16,365 nucleotides of DNA from Candidatus Bathyarchaeum sp. (GCA_026014495.1 JAOZIF010000058.1:1-16365), one strand, 5' to 3'; positions 9,367 to 16,307 are shown, numbered from the stretch's first letter. The notes: generated by a model from the letters alone, not told the origin. Numbers and translations are program-made.

Positions 9367-9454
9367 TGGTGCGGGGAGAGGGATTCGAACCCTCGAACCC
9401 CTACGGGACAGCCGCCTCAGGGCTGCGCCTTTGACCTGGCTTGGCAACCCCCGC
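9367..9454 (-). tRNA. tRNA-Leu(GAG), intronless, CCA encoded
   Basis: Reverse complement GCGGGGG-TT-GCCAAGCCAGGTCAAAGGC-G-CAGCC-CTGAGGC-GGCTG-(long variable arm)-GAGGG-TTCGAAT-CCCTC-TCCCCGC-A-CCA; anticodon GAG, G37, class II arm. Confidence 0.97.
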
Positions 9455-9613
9455 ATTGCAAGGCAACAAGAGTAACCATAGCCGTAAGCCTGAAATTAAA
9501 TCTTATCCAGCCAACGCCAAAGTGAGCACTCTTGTTGAGCATAGAACCTGCTAAATCGTTCATAAAACTTTTACTTACGAAATCCACAGTTACACTCTTA
9601 GGATGAACAAGCG

Positions 9614-10708
9614 TTGAAGGCAATAATTTTGGCGGGAGGCATCGGAACTAGACTAAGACCTCTTAGCTGTACCCGACCAAAACTTCTGTTTCCAGTACTA
9701 AACAAGCCCTTACTTGACATTACCATTGAAAGATTAGCCAAAGCAGAAGTTAACGGATTAACCTTAGCTGTAAAATATATGGCTGAAATTTTCATGCAAC
9801 GCTACGGCGAATCAAAGCATGGAATCAAGATTTCATACTCCATCGAAAAAAAGCCCATGCACACAGGCGGAGCAATCAAGTACGCCGAGGAACTGATTGG
9901 ACACAAAGAACCATTTCTGGTCCTGAACGGCGACATCTTTAGCACAATCGACTACAAGGCGCTCATAGCACAACACAAAGAAAACAACGCAATCGCAACA
10001 ATAGCACTCTGCAAAGTAGAAGACCCCAGCAGATACGGAACCGTAAAACTAACCAAAGAAAACATGATAACACAGTTCGTAGAAAAAGCACCACTCGGAA
10101 AAGCGCCCAGCAACCTCATCAACGCTGGAGTATACGTGCTAGACCCAAAAATCTTTGATTACATTCCTGCAGGTCGCCCAGTCTCGATTGAACGTGAAGT
10201 TTTCCCAAAACTGGCAAAAGAGAACAAACTTTTTGGTTACCAGTTCAACGAAATTTGGATTGACATTGGAAAACCAGCAGATTACTTGAGAGCAAACAGG
10301 GTTTTGCTTGACAATGAACAACAAAAGCATCTTTTCGGAGATAATGTCAAAGTAGACTCGGATGTAGAATTTAACAATCCAGTTAGAATTGATTCAGATG
10401 TTACCATTGGGCAGAACTCGAAAGTCGGACCTTACACAATACTTGGGCGCGGCGTGGTTTTGGGAAAAAATGTTAGCATAGAAAATTCGGTGGTTTTTCC
10501 AAACGCAACAATTGAAGATAATGCTTCAGTAAGGGGCGCGGTTATCGGAGAAGAAACAACAATAGGTGCATCTGCAGAAATCATGGAAGGGTGCGTAATT
10601 GGTGATTATGCGTCAATTCACCCCAATGTCACAGTCGGTAAAGGCGTTACTGTTTGTCACTCCAAAGAAGTCACCGAGAATGTTGCAAACTCTGACCGAA
10701 TAATTTAA
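9614..10708 (+). CDS. NDP-sugar synthase (sugar-1-phosphate nucleotidylyltransferase, mannose-1-P guanylyltransferase-like) with C-terminal left-handed beta-helix
   Basis: 364 aa, TTG start; LAGGIGTRLRPL...PK, LNGDI, FVEK, INAGVYVL, SIERE and WIDIGKP motifs, then hexapeptide repeats. Confidence 0.92.
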   Translation: MKAIILAGGIGTRLRPLSCTRPKLLFPVLNKPLLDITIERLAKAEVNGLTLAVKYMAEIFMQRYGESKHGIKISYSIEKKPMHTGGAIKYAEELIGHKEPFLVLNGDIFSTIDYKALIAQHKENNAIATIALCKVEDPSRYGTVKLTKENMITQFVEKAPLGKAPSNLINAGVYVLDPKIFDYIPAGRPVSIEREVFPKLAKENKLFGYQFNEIWIDIGKPADYLRANRVLLDNEQQKHLFGDNVKVDSDVEFNNPVRIDSDVTIGQNSKVGPYTILGRGVVLGKNVSIENSVVFPNATIEDNASVRGAVIGEETTIGASAEIMEGCVIGDYASIHPNVTVGKGVTVCHSKEVTENVANSDRII

Positions 10709-10835
10709 ACCTGAAACCTTTACAGTTTCTTGTTAATTTTAGCCTATAGATTTCCGAAACAGATAAGCTGCTTGCAACAAAAATGTTCGTCAGGTATTAA
10801 TAACACACCATAGCAATGAAAAGGGAAGAAGAAAA

Positions 10836-12197
10836 ATGTCCAAGACAATGAAGCTTGCAAGCAAAGACCTAGAGTCACAACAAAATCGGAAAGAATACAC
10901 CATCTGCATGGTAGGCTGTGGAAGAACAGGATTAGTTAGCTCCTGCCTATTTGTCGAAGCAGGATTCAACGTTATTGGCGTAGACACAAGCAGCCACATA
11001 GTTCATCAGCTAAAGAAAGGCAAATCCCCATTCACTGAAACTAATTTACGCAAATTCATAGAACCACACATCAAAAACACCAAATTTAGGGCAACAACCA
11101 ACCTTAGAAAAGCGGTTTCAGAAAGCGACATCATAATAATTGGAGTCTCAGCGTCTATTGACAAAAAAAAGAAACCTGACTACTCACGGCTCGAAAAAAC
11201 ATGCAAAGACATCGGCATGAGCCTAACCAGAGGTTCACTAATTATTTTCCAGAACACAATGGGACCCGGCATGACCACAACATTGGCAAAAGAAATCCTT
11301 GAAACAGCATCTGGACTAGAAGCAGGAACAGACTTTGGCGTAGCATACTCTTCTACCCTAAACAATTCAGTCCATCCTTCAAAGAACGTACCTAACGGCA
11401 CAAAAATTGTCGGCGGAATAACCAAACGCAGCCTAAAAGTTGCATGCCTCATTTTGGAAACAATAACCAAAGGCGAAATAATCCGCGTAAAAGACGTGAA
11501 AACCGCAGAAGCCGTAAAACTACTAGAAGAAGCATACAAAGACGTCAACATAGCCTTTGCAAACGAGTTCGCACAATTCTGCGAAAAAGCAGAAATAGAC
11601 TTTGTAAAAGTACGAAACATCATTAACCCCCTAAAGTTTTCAAGAATGGCTGGACTTCACATATCAAAAGATTCACATTTTCTAATCGACGAAGCAGAAG
11701 CAGTAGACGTTAAGTTTCGTATGCTGTCGTTGTCAACAAAAATAAACGACGAAACACTAGACCATGCAATACGCCTAGTTAGAAATGCATTGCAATCATC
11801 CCAAAAACCATTAAGACGATCCAAGATTTCGGTCTTCGGAATATCTGCAATCCCTAACCGAAAAAAAGTAGCCAATTCTGCTACAAAGAAACTTGTGAAT
11901 CGCCTAAAAAAGATGGGTGCTTCAGTTCAAGTGTATGACCCGTTCTTTACGCATAACGAGCTTTTGAATATGGGCTATGATGCTCAAGCAAGCATATCAA
12001 AGACTGTTGAGGGCACAGACTGCCTAGTTGTGGCAGTTGCGCATGAACGCTTTAGCCGATTAAATCTGCGTAGACTACAGATGCTAATGAAGCAACCTGC
12101 ATCTATTGTTGACATGGGACAAATTGTTGACCCCGTCAAGGCAGAAAAGGCAGGCTTTGTGTACCGCGGATTTGGAAGAGGCGTCTGGACAAAATAA
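10836..12197 (+). CDS. Nucleotide-sugar dehydrogenase homolog (UDP-glucose/GDP-mannose/UDP-ManNAc dehydrogenase fold), active site degenerate
   Basis: 453 aa; GCGRTG Rossmann motif, KIVGG, AEAVKLL...DVNIAFANE, VYDP and VVAVAH motifs. Catalytic GGHC/GGSC and PE(R/F) motifs are absent (see findings). Confidence 0.88.
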   Translation: MSKTMKLASKDLESQQNRKEYTICMVGCGRTGLVSSCLFVEAGFNVIGVDTSSHIVHQLKKGKSPFTETNLRKFIEPHIKNTKFRATTNLRKAVSESDIIIIGVSASIDKKKKPDYSRLEKTCKDIGMSLTRGSLIIFQNTMGPGMTTTLAKEILETASGLEAGTDFGVAYSSTLNNSVHPSKNVPNGTKIVGGITKRSLKVACLILETITKGEIIRVKDVKTAEAVKLLEEAYKDVNIAFANEFAQFCEKAEIDFVKVRNIINPLKFSRMAGLHISKDSHFLIDEAEAVDVKFRMLSLSTKINDETLDHAIRLVRNALQSSQKPLRRSKISVFGISAIPNRKKVANSATKKLVNRLKKMGASVQVYDPFFTHNELLNMGYDAQASISKTVEGTDCLVVAVAHERFSRLNLRRLQMLMKQPASIVDMGQIVDPVKAEKAGFVYRGFGRGVWTK

Positions 12198-12301
12198 CAA
12201 AAACATCAACTTTTTCAGGACAAGGCTTAAGACTACAGATGCAGTGTAAAACAGGTTAAGAAAAAAGTCGACCAAAGGAAGCGTGAACCGAGGCGAAAAC
12301 T

Positions 12302-13411
12302 GTGGTCTTACCATTGTTCAATATGTTGTCTATTGATTCAACTTTTCTTGACCTTAATTTTACTAATTTTTTGAATCATCTGCTCTTGGATATCGATGAA
12401 CTGGCCCTTGCAGGACTAATCTTGATGTTCAGTTTTTTTGTAACTTTGTTTCTCACAAGAAAATGGATAAAATCAGCGGAATCAGCAAACCTTGTAGGAA
12501 AAGACATGAACAAACCTGACCAGCCCCTAGTTCCGAGGTCAGGAGGACTAATTGTCGCAATTGTCATATGCTTTTCTTTGCTGTTTTACATTTTTCTAAA
12601 AACCTTTGCAATGCTTGGAACTCCATCCACAAACGTAGTTGAAGTTTTTGCTATCTCATCTACTATATTGCTTGCGGGGTTCATAGGATTCATAGACGAT
12701 GTTTTAGGGTGGAAAAAGGGGCTAAGCCAACTTCAAAAGGTCTTACTCACAGTTCCTATTGCTCTTCCATTAACTGTTTTGGATGTTAATCAAACAGTTA
12801 TGTCAATTCCATTTCTAGGTAACGTAGACCTAGGGCTCATCTATCCGCTACTTGTTGTCCCATTAGGCATAATAGGTGCAACAAACGGATTCAATCTCCT
12901 CGCAGGCTACAACGGGTTAGAAACAAGCATGGGGCTAGTAATTTTTGGCACTTTTGGCTTCACAAGCCTGCTGGTTGGAAGACTCTGGATTGGATTGATA
13001 GCATTCATTGTTTATGCGTCTTTGCTTGCTTTTTTGGCGTATAACTGGTATCCCGCAAGGGTGTTTCCAGGCAACTCGTTTAGTTATGCCATTGGCGCGC
13101 TGATTGGTACCCTCGCCATTTTAGGAAACATGGAAACAATAGCTGTTTGGCTTTTTATTCCATATTATCTAGAAATCATTTTGTATTTCCGAGCTAGAGT
13201 CATCGACAATATGGGAGATGTGCAAGCTTTCGCGAAAGTTAACCAAGACGGCTCCTTAGAGTTGCCTTACAAGCACATCTATGATACGACCCATTTAGCC
13301 ATCTGGGTTCTAAAAAAAGTGAAAACTAAAGTCTACGAAAGAGATGTTGTGCTCTTTGTCACAGCTGTTCAGGTAATAATTGCCGTTTTGGGAATACTAT
13401 TACTGCTCTAA
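12302..13411 (+). CDS. Polyprenyl-phosphate hexosamine-1-phosphate transferase (MraY/WecA/GPT superfamily), AglH/Alg7-like
   Basis: Multi-pass membrane protein; GKDMNKP..P..P..GG, GFIDD, NGFNLLAGYNGLE, PARVFPG and LFIP motifs resemble the DPAGT1/AglH branch. Start may be ATG at 12323. Confidence 0.88.
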   Translation: MVLPLFNMLSIDSTFLDLNFTNFLNHLLLDIDELALAGLILMFSFFVTLFLTRKWIKSAESANLVGKDMNKPDQPLVPRSGGLIVAIVICFSLLFYIFLKTFAMLGTPSTNVVEVFAISSTILLAGFIGFIDDVLGWKKGLSQLQKVLLTVPIALPLTVLDVNQTVMSIPFLGNVDLGLIYPLLVVPLGIIGATNGFNLLAGYNGLETSMGLVIFGTFGFTSLLVGRLWIGLIAFIVYASLLAFLAYNWYPARVFPGNSFSYAIGALIGTLAILGNMETIAVWLFIPYYLEIILYFRARVIDNMGDVQAFAKVNQDGSLELPYKHIYDTTHLAIWVLKKVKTKVYERDVVLFVTAVQVIIAVLGILLLL

Positions 13412-13516
13412 ACGAGAAGAACTTGCGACTTTAGATTATGTAATCTTTAGTACACTGGTTCGTCGTTAGCCTAAAAAATAAAAGTATTAACGTCTCACTT
13501 ACTGTTGGTGAAACAA

Positions 13517-13735
13517 ATGAGTACATCTCAGCCAAAAGCAAGATTTCATATACGCATCAATGAACAAGACTATCTGAATGTAACGGTTTGGGCTGGAAAA
13601 GCTGACCCAAAAGCAGAGGTTATAGTTACACAAATTAGGCGAAACATTGAAGACAAATGGGAAACCATTGGACGGCTGGCAGTATACCGGTCTGCAGATG
13701 GAAGTTATTCACAGCTTCCAGAGCGCCAAGAATAA
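13517..13735 (+). CDS. Small hypothetical protein (72 aa), predicted mostly beta-strand
   Basis: ATG at 13517 lies 5 nt after a GGTGA SD; fills the gap between genes; protein-like sequence MSTSQPKARFHIRINEQDYLNVTVWAGKADPKAEVIVTQIRR... Confidence 0.7.
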   Translation: MSTSQPKARFHIRINEQDYLNVTVWAGKADPKAEVIVTQIRRNIEDKWETIGRLAVYRSADGSYSQLPERQE

Positions 13736-13785
13736 AAATGATTTTCTAAGTTAAAAAACAAAAAGTTGCATTAAAAACCTTTTTG

Positions 13786-14064
13786 TCATTCCTTTTTCTC
13801 AAGATTGAAGGGCTTGCCCTCTTGCAATATTTGTTTGGGGAACTTTTGTTTCCATTTTTGCATAAATGGGAGTTCATCTTTTTCGTTTCTCAGGTTGTCT
13901 GGAAGCATTTCAGGGATTTCTTCTCGGATTGGATACCACCGCAAACATTCGGGACAGACTATTACGCCCTCTGAGATTTCTTCTGTCTCTTCAAAAATGT
14001 GGAGCTCCAAGGGATAGTGTTTGTCTATTGGGCATGCTAGGATATCCATTAATTTCTTTTTGAT
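13786..14064 (-). CDS. trm112: Trm112-family methyltransferase activator
   Basis: MDILACPIDKHYPLEL...EGVIVCPECLRWYPIREEIPEMLPD, the typical Trm112 pattern with a C-x2-D / C-x2-C knuckle. The ORF track starts at ATG 14049; SD spacing suggests an ATC start at 14064 (see findings). Confidence 0.9.
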   Translation of the reverse strand: MKKKLMDILACPIDKHYPLELHIFEETEEISEGVIVCPECLRWYPIREEIPEMLPDNLRNEKDELPFMQKWKQKFPKQILQEGKPFNLEKKE

Positions 14065-14126
14065 TGCTGCTCCCTCCAGTTGTTAGTATTGTGTGCGCCC
14101 ATAGATTATAAAAAGATTCGTATTGC

Positions 14127-14978
14127 TTAGTTTTGTACATGGATGTCAAGAACCACTTGGTACCATCGGGGTCCAATTGGTCTCACTATGCGCCCAAAAT
14201 ATACATTACATTCTGTGCATAACAATCGCAGCTTTTCTAACACTTTCGCCTCGGTTTTGTGTACAGGGTTTTCGTTCTTGTTTGCGTATTCGAAATTGTA
14301 ATAGTGAATCCAGCCTCCTTGGGGTTTGAGCGCCAACAATGCACAGTCAAGATACTCGTAAGCCAGTTCAGGTAAAGGCATTATAACACGGTCTGCAATG
14401 TTTTGCAGCTTGTTTTCTGTCATTGCTTTTGCGTCTCCTTGAAGTGGAATGACTGTTTTTTCTGCTCTGTTGAGTCTAATGTTTTCTTGAAGATACTGAA
14501 ATGCAGACGGATTAACGTCTATCGAATAGACTTTCTTTGGTTTTGAGTGCTTCGCGATGGACATGGAATAGCATCCTACCCCCGCGAACATGTTCACAAC
14601 AACTTCCCCCATTTGAACCAACTTTGCAATTCTTAGCCGTTCATAAGAAAGTCTGGGCGAAAAATAGGCCTTCTTTAAGTCAGTTTTGTAGATGCAGCCG
14701 TGCTCCTTGTAGTGTGTCTTGGTTGTTTTTTCGCCTAACACAAACTCTAAACTGCGTAGCCTATAATCGCCTGAAACTGAACTGACTTGCCGCCATACAG
14801 ACTTAACTTCCCTGTGTGTATTCATGACTGCTTTGGCGACAAGCCTGCTGTGATGCTCTAGCGGTTCGGGTACTCTGATTATTGCAATGTCACCGACTAT
14901 ATCATACGTTTTGTAGAGCTGCTTTAGATGTTCGGGTTTAAGCTTGCCGTCGAGAACGCGTTTCAGGTTGCCTTTCAG
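14127..14978 (-). CDS. trm5: Archaeal Trm5-family tRNA (guanine37) methyltransferase lacking the N-terminal D1 domain
   Basis: YFSPRLSYERLRIA, NMFAGVGCY, IDVNP, ENIRLN, DRVIMPLP and IHYY motifs. The frame is open 51 codons upstream of the ORF-track ATG (14825), contains the conserved YDIVGDIAIIRVP, and extends to CTG at 14978; 283 aa total. Confidence 0.85.
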   Translation of the reverse strand: MKGNLKRVLDGKLKPEHLKQLYKTYDIVGDIAIIRVPEPLEHHSRLVAKAVMNTHREVKSVWRQVSSVSGDYRLRSLEFVLGEKTTKTHYKEHGCIYKTDLKKAYFSPRLSYERLRIAKLVQMGEVVVNMFAGVGCYSMSIAKHSKPKKVYSIDVNPSAFQYLQENIRLNRAEKTVIPLQGDAKAMTENKLQNIADRVIMPLPELAYEYLDCALLALKPQGGWIHYYNFEYANKNENPVHKTEAKVLEKLRLLCTECNVYFGRIVRPIGPRWYQVVLDIHVQN

Positions 14979-15010
14979 TTAAATCATTCTCCAGTAGGCG
15001 ATAAAAACGG

Positions 15011-15121
15011 TTATGCAGGGTCTTTTGGTTTGTATTTTCCTCTTCCCTTGTATTTGCCACTATATCTTCTGCTTTTAAGCCTTTTTTGAATAGCTTTTTT
15101 CTCAGCGCTTTCTTCATCCAT
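15011..15121 (-). CDS. Putative 36-aa basic small protein
   Basis: MDEESAEKKAIQKRLKSRRYSGKYKGRGKYKPKDPA*; ATG at 15121, GGGGG SD-like run at 15133-15137, TATA-like CTTATATG at 15168-15175; co-oriented with trm5. Confidence 0.6.
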   Translation of the reverse strand: MDEESAEKKAIQKRLKSRRYSGKYKGRGKYKPKDPA

Positions 15122-15167
15122 TATGTTGTTTTCCCCCTTTGCCTCAAAAATTCAGCGCTCACTACAA

Positions 15168-15175
15168 CATATAAG
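15168..15175 (-). promoter_or_regulatory. Putative TATA box for the small ORF-trm5-trm112 unit
   Basis: CTTATATG on the minus strand, about 47 nt upstream of the small ORF ATG; the spacing fits a short leader that contains the SD. Confidence 0.45.
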
Positions 15176-15208
15176 CATTAAGTGACCAAAAAGGAATTAA
15201 TGGGCTTT

Positions 15209-15229
15209 ATGCAACCTTTCACGTTGCAT
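15209..15229. repeat. Perfect 7-7-7 inverted repeat ATGCAAC-ctttcac-GTTGCAT
   Basis: Read directly; lies about 10 nt past the response-regulator stop and upstream of the putative TATA box. Could be a terminator hairpin or an operator. Confidence 0.4.
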
Positions 15230-15238
15230 GTTTTGTTT

Positions 15239-15640
15239 TCAAATATTTTTTACGGATTTATCTATGCACCTTTGTAATGTAGAGAAGACAGTTTCGGGGT
15301 CACCTGATTTGCCGACAAATCCATTGGCGCCTAGCGTGAATGCTTTGAGCACTTTTTCTTTGTCTTCTGTTACTGTAAAAACGATGAATGGGATATTGTT
15401 GTTGTTTTTTCGAAGTGTTTTCAGGAACTCGAACCCGTTTTTCATGGGCATTTGGATGTCACAGATTATTATGTCTGTTTCTTTTTGTGTCATCATTTCT
15501 AGTGCTTCATCAACTGAGGATGCCGAGTTTATTTCGTAGTTGCCGTGCAGGTTTAAGCATTGTTTTGCGCTTTTTAAGAAAGCTTCGTCGTCGTCTACAA
15601 ATAAAATTTTGATACGTTCTTTTTTGTTGGGGGTCTGCAT
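15239..15640 (-). CDS. Stand-alone response regulator receiver (REC, CheY-like) protein
   Basis: 133 aa; ILFVDDD acidic pocket, ICDIQMP phosphoacceptor Asp, NGFEFL, conserved Thr (VFT) and Lys (FVGK); no output domain. Confidence 0.92.
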   Translation of the reverse strand: MQTPNKKERIKILFVDDDEAFLKSAKQCLNLHGNYEINSASSVDEALEMMTQKETDIIICDIQMPMKNGFEFLKTLRKNNNNIPFIVFTVTEDKEKVLKAFTLGANGFVGKSGDPETVFSTLQRCIDKSVKNI

Positions 15641-15654
15641 CTTAACTTAAAATG

Positions 15655-15734
15655 AATGTTTTTGGGCAATAAAACATTAATGTATACAAAATGTACCCAA
15701 TAGGTCAAAAAGGGTTAAATGGTAATACATTGTA
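15655..15734. promoter_or_regulatory. Cluster of AATGT/ACATT half-sites and palindromes in the divergent intergenic region (candidate operator)
   Basis: AATGT at 15655, 15679 and 15690; ACATT at 15674 and 15727; palindromes ACATTAATGT (15674-15683), TGTATACA (15681-15688) and TACA-T-TGTA (15726-15734). Confidence 0.4.
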
Positions 15735-15764
15735 ACTCTATTTGGTTAAGGAGACAGATTACTA

Positions 15765-16307
15765 TTGCTAACCAAAAAAAGAAAAACAGTTGGCCGCTCA
15801 TTTAGAATTGACGAAGAATGGCTCAATGTCTTAACTGAAGAGGCTGAAAAACAAGGAGTCAGCGTCAACTCACTGCTAAACAGGCTTCTTCAACAATATG
15901 CTTACTTGCGGTACATGCTTCGCTACGGCGCAATAACCCTGACTAGTAAAGGATTTTCAAACATACTGGAATGCTGCGCAGACGACAAAATAAAACAAAA
16001 AGGAAAAGAAGCAGGTGAAAGCATTGTCAAAGATCTTCTTTTAACAATGGGTGTGCCCCCCAGCTATAGTTTCGTACTTTGTTTAGTAAAAAAGCTTCTT
16101 TCCGAGTTTGCAGGATGGTTCGAATGCGACCACCACATAAAACGAGACAAAGAAATCCTGCACCTACGTCATGATTTGGGAAAAAAATGGAGCATCTACC
16201 TTGCAACAATAACCTCAGGTACCTTCAACTCGTTGCTAAACCAAGAAGTCGGAATTGAACTTTCAGACTCCTCAGTAACAATAACAATCAGCAAACAAAA
16301 CAAGTAA
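15765..16307 (+). CDS. Putative transcription regulator: N-terminal ribbon-helix-helix domain plus C-terminal alpha/beta domain (V4R/H-NOX-like by inference)
   Basis: 180 aa, TTG start after AGGAG; RSFRIDEE...L..EAEKQGVSVNSLLNRLL is a CopG/Arc-like RHH pattern. The C-terminal GWF...LRHDLGKKWS pattern resembles TACK-archaeal regulators I recall (not verified). Confidence 0.7.
   Translation: MLTKKRKTVGRSFRIDEEWLNVLTEEAEKQGVSVNSLLNRLLQQYAYLRYMLRYGAITLTSKGFSNILECCADDKIKQKGKEAGESIVKDLLLTMGVPPSYSFVLCLVKKLLSEFAGWFECDHHIKRDKEILHLRHDLGKKWSIYLATITSGTFNSLLNQEVGIELSDSSVTITISKQNK

Noticed and set aside
9283-9623. ORFs 9283-9525 (+) and 9417-9623 (-)
   Set aside because: They overlap the tRNA-Leu gene; peptides such as WCGERDSNPRTP are the usual translation artefact of tRNA sequence.
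13433-13446. AGATTA-TG-TAATCT palindrome after the GPT-like gene
   Set aside because: Short, single occurrence, AT-rich; compatible with chance.
14990-15238. Duplication of the tRNA-Thr 3' end bounding the REC/RHH pair
   Set aside because: No TGGAGCCTCGGG-like copy found, and no integrase in the window.
554-16209. Many short alternative-frame or antisense ORFs in the track (e.g. 1204-1782, 5342-5869, 8625-8954, 11180-11623, 15228-15539)
   Set aside because: They lie inside or antisense to well-supported genes and show no recognisable motifs; most likely shadow ORFs.
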